This document shows, piece by piece, positions 1 through 7,286 of a stretch of DNA of 38,605 nucleotides (the stretch's first letter is position 1; every line of letters starts with the position of its first letter). Location of the stretch: NCBI GenBank assembly GCA_047639155.1, contig JBLING010000001.1, forward strand, positions 1 to 38,605, given 5' to 3'. The stretch is from a bacterium. GTDB taxonomy: Bacteria; Bacteroidota; Bacteroidia; NS11-12g; UBA9320. The notes beneath the pieces were generated by a model that worked only from the letters and a program-made list of their open reading frames with translations, had not been told where the DNA came from and made no database searches. The position numbers were made by a program, and so were the translations under genes.

Positions 1-197
1 TAAACTAATTTTCCGAGACTGTCAGAGTATGCTGCCGTCCCTTCAATCTGACTATAGCTCGCAATACTTCGATGTTGTAGGATGGTATCATCATTAAATT
101 CAATATGCACATTCTTGCCAAAAATCCAGTGGTTCGCATGTTGGGCAAAGGACCATTGAGAAAGTACCAGAAGAAATAATAATAGCGTAAGACGCAT
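1..197 (-). CDS. N-terminal fragment of a secreted protein (continues past the window edge)
   Basis: Not in the ORF track because it runs off the edge. The reverse-strand ATG at 197-195 opens a frame with no stop down to position 1: MRLTLLLFLLVLSQWSFAQHANHWIFGKNVHIEFNDDTILQH... It has a hydrophobic signal peptide ending in AQ. The start resembles N-termini of large Bacteroidota secreted proteins (from memory). Confidence 0.5.
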   Translation of the reverse strand, partial: MRLTLLLFLLVLSQWSFAQHANHWIFGKNVHIEFNDDTILQHRSIASYSQIEGTAAYSDSLGKLV

Positions 198-311
198 TTT
201 GAGTCATTTGATTATTTATCAAAGGACGCTTTTTAACCGTTGCATATCAAAAATCCAGAAGTCGAACTTTTTTACACACCCTACACCTCTTATTTTTAAA
301 CAGTTATGATC

Positions 312-342
312 AAAAAAAGGACGCTTTTTTGCAAAAGCGCCC
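312..342 (-). terminator. Hairpin plus U-run (rho-independent terminator-like)
   Basis: The stem ggacgctttt (319-328) pairs with aaaagcgccc (333-342) with one G:U. On the minus strand it is followed by a run of 7 U (plus-strand a312-a318). Confidence 0.5.
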
Positions 343-425
343 GCAGGTGGCGCTGCCTGGAGTTCCCGATACAATTCGCTGCAGTATCGGGATAAACTTC
401 TCCTCCCGACGTTTGCACCTCAAAC
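343..425 (-). ncRNA. Candidate small structured RNA of unknown family
   Basis: Nested helices: 345-349/416-420, 359-362/400-403, and a perfect 8-bp cccgatac/gtatcggg (365-372/384-391) with an 11-nt loop. Terminator-like hairpins bracket it on both sides. I could not match it by eye to SRP, 6S, RNase P or a riboswitch. Confidence 0.2.
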
Positions 426-455
426 AAAAAAGACCTGCCAATGGCAAGTCTTTTT
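426..455. terminator. Bidirectional hairpin terminator just downstream of the displaced ssrA 3' fragment
   Basis: The stem agacctgcc (431-439) pairs with ggcaagtct (443-451) with one mismatch/GU. An A-run (426-430) and a T-run (451-455) flank it. Confidence 0.5.
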
Positions 456-465
456 GCTCCACTTC

Positions 466-487
466 GTGGAACTGCCGGGAGTCGAAC
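466..487 (-). repeat. Displaced copy of the ssrA 3' end (att-like direct repeat of 1689-1710)
   Basis: gtggaactgccgggagtcgaac (466-487) matches gtggagctgccgggagtcgaac (1689-1710) at 21/22 positions in the same orientation. Similarity ends inside the T-loop/T-stem. The 5' half of a T-stem is absent, so this is not a tRNA or tmRNA gene. Confidence 0.8.
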
Positions 488-786
488 TGTTGACTTAAGT
501 GCTTGAATACTAACTGAATAACTGTTACTCAAAGTCTTGAGTGAAACATTTTTAATCATTTTTGAAGGAGTAGAACTTGACTCCAAATATTTATTTAATG
601 ACCGCCGTTTAGGTTTTGTTAGACGATGTTATTCTTCTTTTGACTTTGAATAATTTAAAATTTTTTTTGAGAGTATTGCAAAAATTGTATTATTTCGTGG
701 AAGAGTGAAGTCCGAAACCCACTATAAAAAACGGGGCGTATTCTGAAAAGCCTTATGAGTAGGATTAAAATTTTTAAAAAAAAGAA

Positions 787-1455
787 ATGATCAAAAAAAA
801 AAATATTTCGGCTTTGTCATTAGCCGTAATGTGCTCTTTACTAGTGTCTAGTTGCGCTAAGTCCGTACTAATTACAAATGGCGCAAGGGATAATAAACCC
901 CTTATTTTTAATAATGAGTATAAGACTTCAAATCTTGAGGAAATCGTAGTTGAGGGTTCGGCATTTTGTGGTATACCTAGTTTCTCTAAAAATAATAAGA
1001 ACAATCATAAAAATGGTTTTCTGTTTACATTTAATGGGGTTGAATTAGGTAAAACAAATCGAATATTGCCTACATTAACATTAGTAGGGTATTCATTTGC
1101 TAGCCAACTTGCTATTCAAAGAGCTTTTGGTCAAAAAACAGAGACAATTGGCAACTATACTTATAAAACTGGGGAATATAAACTCGGTTTTGTTCCATCG
1201 TACATTATTGGTTTGCCTATTGCAGGGATGTTCAATAATTTAACTTGGAATAATTCAGCGCTAAGTGGAGCTTCCGCCACCCTTAATTATCGACTTGCCT
1301 CTGAACATCCCAATGTTGATTTATTTTATTATCCGAAATACGAGGTAAGTAAGAAAAATGTATTTGGGGAAGAGGGGATTAAGCTTAAATACTTATTTGT
1401 TCAAGATGCAACCTTAAAAGCTCGAGTTTCTGGAGCTACATTGATTCATAAATAA
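787..1455 (+). CDS. Hypothetical lipoprotein
   Basis: 222-aa ORF with an ATG start. The signal peptide carries a lipobox (LLVSSC|AKS). A strong terminator follows. I recognised no family. Confidence 0.8.
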   Translation: MIKKKNISALSLAVMCSLLVSSCAKSVLITNGARDNKPLIFNNEYKTSNLEEIVVEGSAFCGIPSFSKNNKNNHKNGFLFTFNGVELGKTNRILPTLTLVGYSFASQLAIQRAFGQKTETIGNYTYKTGEYKLGFVPSYIIGLPIAGMFNNLTWNNSALSGASATLNYRLASEHPNVDLFYYPKYEVSKKNVFGEEGIKLKYLFVQDATLKARVSGATLIHK

Positions 1456-1463
1456 GAAACCAG

Positions 1464-1505
1464 AGCGGAATAGTTGAATTTTAGTTCACTATTCCGCTTT
1501 TTTGT
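1464..1505 (+). terminator. Rho-independent terminator of the lipoprotein gene
   Basis: An 11-bp stem agcggaatagt (1464-1474) pairs with actattccgct (1488-1498) and is followed by a T-run. Confidence 0.7.
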
Positions 1506-1650
1506 TTGCTTGTAATCCTCCGTCATTCAATTGCTTTATGAGAAGTTATAGGTTATCATTCTCTAACAGTATTTACAGGGTTGATGAGAAAAAACAGGGT
1601 CTATTTTATTCTCACTACTCATCTCGTGCTATTTCATCTTGTTTTTGAAC

Positions 1651-1684
1651 AAAAAAGAAAGGTTCCGAAAAACTTCGAAACCTT
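1651..1684 (-). terminator. Rho-independent terminator of ssrA
   Basis: The stem 1659-1669/1674-1684 (aaggttccgaa/ttcgaaacctt, one mismatch) lies immediately 3' of the tmRNA on the minus strand and is followed by UUUCUUUUUU. Confidence 0.65.
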
Positions 1685-1689
1685 AAAAG

Positions 1690-2059
1690 TGGAGCTGCCG
1701 GGAGTCGAACCCGGGTCCGGAGAAGGAATTAAATCAAGATTTCTACATGTTTATAACCTATTATTTTCGAAGTAAACTAGGTTAGGTTCGGACCTCCTTT
1801 TACTCTTATTCTGCTAATAAGACAGTTGAACGCAGACCTGCCAACTGAATATTTGAGCATTTCGACCGCCCTTAACCCGTCGCAGCTCAAACATAGCAAC
1901 GGAGAGCGGATGGTTTTTGTTTAATCTCTAAGATTAAGCAGCCATAGCGTAGTTAGACTCGCCTTTTATGTGTTTGAAGGTTTGTATTTAAGAGCAATGC
2001 CCACAACGCTCTACATGCTTACCTGTTAATTGGCCCTCCCGTCAAGTCCAGTCAGCCCC
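1690..2059 (-). ncRNA. ssrA: tmRNA (transfer-messenger RNA)
   Basis: The reverse strand starts GGGGCTGACTGGACTTGACGGGAGGGCC at 2059. The 5' GGGGCTG pairs with the 3' CAGCTCC, including the G3:U70 pair, followed by discriminator A at 1690. The T-arm is CCGGG-TTCGACT-CCCGG. The tag ORF GGC GAG TCT AAC TAC GCT ATG GCT GCT TAA encodes GESNYAMAA* (1963 down to 1934). CCA is not encoded. Confidence 0.93.
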
Positions 2060-2138
2060 TATTATCAGTTATTATAAATACCGCAAATCCAATACCAATT
2101 TCCAGTTACTGCCATTCTAGCAGATATCGTTGTTTATT

Positions 2139-2591
2139 TTATTGTGCGCCTAAGTAGTCTGTATGACAATAGCCATCAACCTCTTGTCCCTTTATTCCTA
2201 AACCCCTTACTTGGTGCCACGTTGCATTATAGCGTCTTACCAACAAAACCTCTGAGTCCTTTGCAAAACGGCCAACTATATCATCATTTGTGCTGGCTCC
2301 CGCTCTTACATTAAGGTTGCTTCCTTTAGTAATAACTTTACATTTCTTCCCTTGCTGGCTTATATCTGCAACTTTAATATTATTTAAAACATTCGAAACC
2401 CCGGATTGCCCTGTAAGAAATTCGCTTACTTGCTCCATAACAGACCCATCATCAATGGACCCAGTAACTGTGACATTACCCCCTTCATTAACAACTTGCA
2501 TATCTTTAATGTTGAGGTTCGCCTGCGTTAATGCATTATTAAGCGGGTTTAAAACCGCCGTTTTCTTTTTAAATGCGTCAAATAATCCCAT
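2139..2591 (-). CDS. Kbp/YgaU-like BON domain protein with a C-terminal SH3b-like domain
   Basis: The N-terminus MGLFDAFKKK resembles E. coli Kbp (MGLFNFVK, from memory). BON-like segment: NIKDMQVVNEGGNVTVTGSIDD...VSNVLNNIKV. The C-terminal KVITKGSNLNVRAGASTNDDIVGRFAKDSEVLLV...WHQV...GYCHTDYL has a bacterial SH3 pattern. There is no signal peptide. Confidence 0.75.
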   Translation of the reverse strand: MGLFDAFKKKTAVLNPLNNALTQANLNIKDMQVVNEGGNVTVTGSIDDGSVMEQVSEFLTGQSGVSNVLNNIKVADISQQGKKCKVITKGSNLNVRAGASTNDDIVGRFAKDSEVLLVRRYNATWHQVRGLGIKGQEVDGYCHTDYLGAQ

Positions 2592-2593
2592 AT

Positions 2594-2968
2594 CTACTTT
2601 ACTTTTAATTCCATTTTATCGTCGCCCTGACCTAAAATCATGTGAGATTCTGTCAGGCCAGAAATAACAAACGTATCTACACTTCCCCCCATTATTGTAA
2701 TCATACTTGTGGCTGTTTCATTCGTTTTAAATGTCCCCGTCGTTACCTCAGATCCTTCTGTTAATTTAATAACTCCCTTTTTAGTGAATTCTATTGTGTT
2801 CGTTGCAATTACCGCATCTTGCCCAACCTTATCCCCCTCCATTTCAACTTGCTCTATTGCCCAAGTTTTATAGACCATCTCACGTGGGTCGGTTTTTTTG
2901 TTACACCCAAGAACAACCAGCACAAAAGATACCAGTACCGCGGCTCCAACCCAATTTGTCTTTCTCAT
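2594..2968 (-). CDS. Hypothetical lipoprotein (lipocalin-like size and pattern)
   Basis: 124 aa with a signal peptide and lipobox (VVLGC|NKK). The stop lies 2 nt from the start of the downstream BON gene. Confidence 0.75.
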   Translation of the reverse strand: MRKTNWVGAAVLVSFVLVVLGCNKKTDPREMVYKTWAIEQVEMEGDKVGQDAVIATNTIEFTKKGVIKLTEGSEVTTGTFKTNETATSMITIMGGSVDTFVISGLTESHMILGQGDDKMELKVK

Positions 2969-3078
2969 TTTAATTGCTTTTTAGCGAAACTACTTAATTA
3001 ATCATTATAACCTTGAGTTCCATCGATTAGCCTTGTAGTAAAACAACAAATATGTTTACCAAATCGTTCTATTAGGGA

Positions 3079-3086
3079 TAAATTTG
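3079..3086 (+). promoter_or_regulatory. Bacteroidota -7 box TAAATTTG
   Basis: Exact match to TAnnTTTG, 4 nt upstream of the ATG at 3091. Confidence 0.5.
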
Positions 3087-3090
3087 TCAC

Positions 3091-4938
3091 ATGCGATACT
3101 TCGCCTCCATATTACTCTGTCTTTCTTTGGCCTCTGCTTTTTCTCAAAATGCTGACGAAGAATTGGCTGCTCAATTCTTTTTTAACGAGGAATTCGACAA
3201 GGCTGAAATCCTATATAAAAAATTACACAAAAAGAGTCCCGAATCAGTTTACATCTACCAAAACTATTTAGAATGTTTGTTGAAACAAAATCTAACCGAA
3301 GATGCAGAAAAAATCGTATCAAAACAGGTACGGCGATTTAATGACAAGCCGCTGTATACCGTTGATCTTGGGTATATATATAGCCTTCAGGGCCGCGATA
3401 AGGACAAAAAAAGACTGTTTAACGATATTATCGAATCAACTATACAAGACATGCTTAAAGGTGGTTTTGAAATGTTTTCGCCATCAGAACAACTTTCCAG
3501 CGCCTTTTTAAATAAAAACGAATATGAGTTTGCGAAAACCGTGTTGCTCAAGGCCAGAAAGACACACGGGTCGCCAACTTTGTTCGCGCAAAATTTAATT
3601 GATATTTATAAAATAACGGCAGAACACGACATGCTAATTAATGAGTGTTTACTTGTTCTTAAATACGACGCTAGTACATTAGATGCCGTGAAGGCCAACT
3701 TGGTTTATTTGGTTGACACCGATACTAAAATAGACTACCTACAAGAAAAGGCGTCTATTTATGTACAAAAGTTTCCAGAAAAAACGGTCTATGATGAACT
3801 GTTGCTTTGGGTTTTTGTTCAACAAAAGGAATTCAACTCAGCATTTCGTCAAGCAAGCGCAATGGACAAGCGGAACAAAACAGAAGGGAAAAATTTAATT
3901 GATCTTGCCAGTGTTTGCTTGTCGAACAAAGATTACAGCACGGCAATAAAATGTTACGACAAAATCGCAGACTTTGGTGAAGATGGCTACTTTTTTATTA
4001 ATGCTAAAATGGGCAGCCTGGAAACCAATTACCTCTTGGTGGTTGAGGGTGGGTTATATACCAGAGAGGTGTTGTCTGACCTAATTACACGTTACTTAAT
4101 CGTGCTAGAAAAATTTGGCAAAAACCCTCAAACTGCTAGGAGTATGAAACAACTATCCGACCTTTATGTCTACCATGAACATGATATTGATAAAGGAATC
4201 ATCCTCCTTGAAGGTTTAATAAACATGCCTCGACTTCAACAAAAAATACGCGGGTTTTACAAATTGTCGTTGGGAGATGCGATGTTGATGAAGAATGAAG
4301 TTTGGGACGCCGCTTTGTTATATGGACAAGTAGACAAAGAGTTTAAAGAGGATCCGTTAGGGCAAGAAGCTAAGTTTAGGAATGCTAAACTTTCTTATTA
4401 TAACGGAGATTTTGATTGGGCCAAAGACCAGTTAGATGTTCTAAAAACTGCAACTTCTCAGTTAATTTCTAATAATGCCATTGAGTTGTCTCTATTGATT
4501 AAAGATAATACAGGTCTAGATAGCTCTACAGAGGCAATGGCCTCTTTTGCTAACGCCCAACTGCTCTTGTTTCAAAACAAACTAAACGAAAGCTTAGAGG
4601 CGCTAAATCAACTCCCGTTTAAATACCCCAAACACGCACTTGAAGATGAAATCTATTTTACCAAAGCACAAATTTTTAAAAAACAACGAAACTTTGATAA
4701 AGCAGAAGAATACTACAACACGGTTATAACGTTTTTTGGTGATGATATTCTAGCTGACAACGCTCTATACGCTTTGGCCCAACTTTATGAATATAGGTTG
4801 AATCGCCCTGCTGATGCACTTAAAATGTACGAACGCCTAATTTTTGATTACAACTCAAGCTTGTTTGTTGTTGACGCTCGAAAAAGATATAAAATTCTCA
4901 AGATCCAGATCCAAAATGATCAACCGGAAGCTCCGTAA
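3091..4938 (+). CDS. Secreted tetratricopeptide-repeat (TPR) protein
   Basis: 615 aa with signal peptide MRYFASILLCLSLASAFSQ. It is helical-repeat rich, with TPR-like A/Y/L periodicity (for example DKAEEYYNTVITFFGDDILADNALYALAQLYEY). Confidence 0.8.
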   Translation: MRYFASILLCLSLASAFSQNADEELAAQFFFNEEFDKAEILYKKLHKKSPESVYIYQNYLECLLKQNLTEDAEKIVSKQVRRFNDKPLYTVDLGYIYSLQGRDKDKKRLFNDIIESTIQDMLKGGFEMFSPSEQLSSAFLNKNEYEFAKTVLLKARKTHGSPTLFAQNLIDIYKITAEHDMLINECLLVLKYDASTLDAVKANLVYLVDTDTKIDYLQEKASIYVQKFPEKTVYDELLLWVFVQQKEFNSAFRQASAMDKRNKTEGKNLIDLASVCLSNKDYSTAIKCYDKIADFGEDGYFFINAKMGSLETNYLLVVEGGLYTREVLSDLITRYLIVLEKFGKNPQTARSMKQLSDLYVYHEHDIDKGIILLEGLINMPRLQQKIRGFYKLSLGDAMLMKNEVWDAALLYGQVDKEFKEDPLGQEAKFRNAKLSYYNGDFDWAKDQLDVLKTATSQLISNNAIELSLLIKDNTGLDSSTEAMASFANAQLLLFQNKLNESLEALNQLPFKYPKHALEDEIYFTKAQIFKKQRNFDKAEEYYNTVITFFGDDILADNALYALAQLYEYRLNRPADALKMYERLIFDYNSSLFVVDARKRYKILKIQIQNDQPEAP

Positions 4939-4943
4939 TTAAC

Positions 4944-5366
4944 CTACTCAACAACCGTATGACGTGCTTTCCTTATCTCATCAGCGGAATGGCCTTGCCC
5001 GGTAAAGCGTTTTTCTTCCTTATCGTTTTTGTATATAACGATGGTTGGAAACCCTTTTACTCCGCGTTCTTCAACAATTGATGTGAATGACTCATACTCG
5101 ACTTCGGCAAAAAAAACCTCCCCAAATGCCGTCTCTTCGGCAATAGTTTCGACGGCGGGTCTTTGTGCTTTACATCTCGTACACCAAAAAGTATGATAAA
5201 AGACCGTCGACACCCCCGTTTCAATGTCTGTATCAAATTGGTGTTTTGATGTTATGTCCACTAAACTATTGGTGTTTGTGTCTACTATTGATTCTTTGTC
5301 GTTGCAACTGGATGTAAGGAACAACAAGCCCATAGTAATCCATATTATTTTTCCTCCTTTTTTCAT
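4944..5366 (-). CDS. Thioredoxin-family lipoprotein
   Basis: CxxC motif FWCTRCK and a thioredoxin-fold tail (GFPTIVIYKND). The lipobox is LTSSC|NDK. I chose the ATG at 5366 (MKKGGKII...) because the track start at 5399 is a TTG. Confidence 0.8.
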   Translation of the reverse strand: MKKGGKIIWITMGLLFLTSSCNDKESIVDTNTNSLVDITSKHQFDTDIETGVSTVFYHTFWCTRCKAQRPAVETIAEETAFGEVFFAEVEYESFTSIVEERGVKGFPTIVIYKNDKEEKRFTGQGHSADEIRKARHTVVE

Positions 5367-5617
5367 TTCTATTGCACTCGTTTCTAATGAATAATTCAAT
5401 ATTACTCTACTTTGTTAAACCATTCGCTGCAATTAAATAAATTGACGATTATGGGATTGATAAACAGCAAATAGTGTTTATTTCTCCTTTTTGTTGAATG
5501 CATCCAAATTCTACTAATCACCAATGTCTTTGTTGTTTGTAGACACTTACCCTTGGCTTTTTGTCCCTAAACACGACCTACAATATCGTAAGAAATTTAT
5601 CAAACTATAAAGAATTT

Positions 5618-6220
5618 CTATTGATTGTGGTCCTTGTTTTGGTGTCTCTTAAAAACCCCTAGGGATGGGTTTTTACCCTCAAATTGGCTATACCAACGCT
5701 TTAAGTTTTCAATTACCTTCTCAATAGGCTCGTTTGCCCAAACTGGGTCGTGCATTACAATCGTTTTTGTTCTATAATCAAAAGCGATTGGAATAATCGG
5801 AATGTTTGCGTCTTGTGCTAAATAATAAAATCCCGTCTTCCATTGGTCGTTGTAGCTGCGCGTTCCTTCTGGGGTAATCGTTAGAATAAAAGATTCTTCT
5901 CTATTGAACACGTCCACCAGGTTTTGAACAAAGTTTGTGTTTGCTTTTCGCTCAACTGGGTATCCACCTAGTTTTCTAAACAACCAACCTATTGGCCACA
6001 CAAACAATTCCTTTTTTGCTGCGAACCTCGGGTTAAAGTTTAAAACAGCTCTTGCACCCACCCCAATCAAAAAGTCCCAATTGCTGGTGTGTGGTGCTAC
6101 GATTAATACGTATTTTTTATACGGGACTGGCCAGTCAGCTTTTATCTTCCAACCGGATAGTTTAAAAAGAAAAGAGTAAAGGCGCCTCAACGTGTTGTCC
6201 CTGATTGCTGCATTAGGCAT
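5618..6220 (-). CDS. Lysophospholipid (1-acyl-sn-glycerol-3-phosphate-type) acyltransferase family protein
   Basis: HxxxxD motif (APHTSNWD) and the ITPEGTRS motif typical of the PlsC-family acyltransferase fold. It overlaps the upstream gene's 3' end by 34 nt. Confidence 0.85.
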   Translation of the reverse strand: MPNAAIRDNTLRRLYSFLFKLSGWKIKADWPVPYKKYVLIVAPHTSNWDFLIGVGARAVLNFNPRFAAKKELFVWPIGWLFRKLGGYPVERKANTNFVQNLVDVFNREESFILTITPEGTRSYNDQWKTGFYYLAQDANIPIIPIAFDYRTKTIVMHDPVWANEPIEKVIENLKRWYSQFEGKNPSLGVFKRHQNKDHNQ

Positions 6221-6855
6221 TCTTGTTTTAACAATGGGCAGATCTTATATCGTTCGTCTTTCGTGTCTTGATAAATTGCCTGTAACATGTTGTAAACCCG
6301 TTGGGTTCCTATCTCTTCCGCCCACTCAAAAGGTCCTTTAGGATAGGCTGTGCCGAGTTTCATTCCTGTATCAATATCTTCCTTTGTGGCTGTTCCTTCT
6401 TGAACCGTATAATACGCTTCATTGATTATCATACAAACGACCCTTGGTGTTACCATTCCCACACGACTCTCAACCCACTTTATTTCCCAACTAAGGTCTT
6501 CAAATAAGGGTTCAATAGTTCTACGCTCCAAAACATTCAAACTCGTCATTTCCGCCAAACTTCTATTTATAAAGGTTGGAATTGTGTTTAAGCCAAACAA
6601 CGTACATTGTATTTCTTCTGGGTAATTATAAAATATATCATCAATGGTTTGATTTACCGCACCAACAACAACGACAGCTTCAGGCAGCTGTGCGTAATAA
6701 CTCAACCTACTTTTGTCTTCCTCAAAACTTAAATCAAAGATTAAGTCATAACCATCAAAAACGTTATTTTTGACTTCAATCAAAGTATGAGAAGATGAAA
6801 CTTTTTGCTTTAACTCCTCAACTCTTTTGGGTGACCCTATTATTGCTATCCTCAT
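6187..6855 (-). CDS. 3-hydroxyacyl-CoA dehydrogenase-like protein with a degenerate N-terminal domain
   Basis: The C-terminal part (PRVVCMIINEAYYTVQEGTATKEDIDTGMKLGTAYPKGPFEWAEEIG) matches the 3HCDH C-terminal domain pattern. The start is set at MRIAIIG (6855), supported by a -7 box at 6872-6879. The GxGxxG motif is absent (IIGSPKR). Confidence 0.75.
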   Translation of the reverse strand: MRIAIIGSPKRVEELKQKVSSSHTLIEVKNNVFDGYDLIFDLSFEEDKSRLSYYAQLPEAVVVVGAVNQTIDDIFYNYPEEIQCTLFGLNTIPTFINRSLAEMTSLNVLERRTIEPLFEDLSWEIKWVESRVGMVTPRVVCMIINEAYYTVQEGTATKEDIDTGMKLGTAYPKGPFEWAEEIGTQRVYNMLQAIYQDTKDERYKICPLLKQECLMQQSGTTR

Positions 6856-6871
6856 GCGATACCGATTGTGA

Positions 6872-6879
6872 CAAAAATA
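6872..6879 (-). promoter_or_regulatory. -7 box TATTTTTG (reverse strand)
   Basis: Plus-strand caaaaata is the reverse complement of TAnnTTTG. It lies 16 nt upstream of the ATG at 6855. Confidence 0.45.
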
Positions 6880-6899
6880 CAAATGCTGAGCAACAACAA

Positions 6900-7286
6900 A
6901 TGGAAACAATAAAAAAAATCATTTCAACTCCAAATGCCCCTGCCGCAATTGGTCCATACAGCCAAGCGGTTTTGGCCGGAAACACCCTTTATTGCTCTGG
7001 ACAAATAGCCCTTAACCCCAGTGATGGCACTCTAGTAACCGGTAATATTATTGATGAAACAACACAGGTTTTAAAAAATGTTGGTGCGGTACTTAATGAG
7101 GCTAATATGGATTACTCTGATGTTGTTAAAGCGACGATTTTTCTTGCTTCTATGGATGATTATGCAGAAGTTAATTCGGTTTACGCCAAATATTTCTCCA
7201 AAAACCCTCCAGCACGCGAAGCCGTTGCAGTTAAAACGCTTCCAAAAAATGTGCATGTCGAAATAAGCGTTATTGCAGTTAAATAA
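6900..7286 (+). CDS. ridA: RidA/YjgF-family reactive-intermediate deaminase
   Basis: METIKKIISTPNAPAAIGPYSQAV...PAREAVAVKTLPKNVHVEISVIAVK. The 128-aa length is typical of RidA. The track ORF starts at 6795 with a lipoprotein-like extension that overlaps the divergent gene, so the start is ambiguous. Confidence 0.85.
   Translation: METIKKIISTPNAPAAIGPYSQAVLAGNTLYCSGQIALNPSDGTLVTGNIIDETTQVLKNVGAVLNEANMDYSDVVKATIFLASMDDYAEVNSVYAKYFSKNPPAREAVAVKTLPKNVHVEISVIAVK

Larger units (their letters stand above)
488..1688. mobile_element. Putative decayed ssrA-integrated islet (no integrase retained)
   Basis: The segment is bounded by the functional ssrA 3' end and its displaced 22-nt copy. It holds a single lipoprotein gene with its own terminator. 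The interpretation is inference only. Confidence 0.35.

Noticed and set aside
466-545. A tRNA or second tmRNA gene, suggested by the tRNA-like TTCGACTCCCGGCAGTTCCA 3' end.
   Set aside because: Only the T-loop, 3' T-stem and acceptor 3' strand are present. The sequence upstream cannot form the 5' T-stem, an anticodon arm or the acceptor 5' strand, and it has no similarity to the tmRNA body. This is a fragment, not a gene.
296-586. The 96-aa minus-strand ORF from the track.
   Set aside because: It spans two terminator hairpins, the structured segment and the displaced ssrA fragment. It has no recognisable domain, and its composition is dictated by the RNA-like sequence.
1581-1775. The 64-aa plus-strand ORF from the track.
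   Set aside because: It lies antisense across the ssrA terminator and the tmRNA 3' end, with no promoter logic or protein features.
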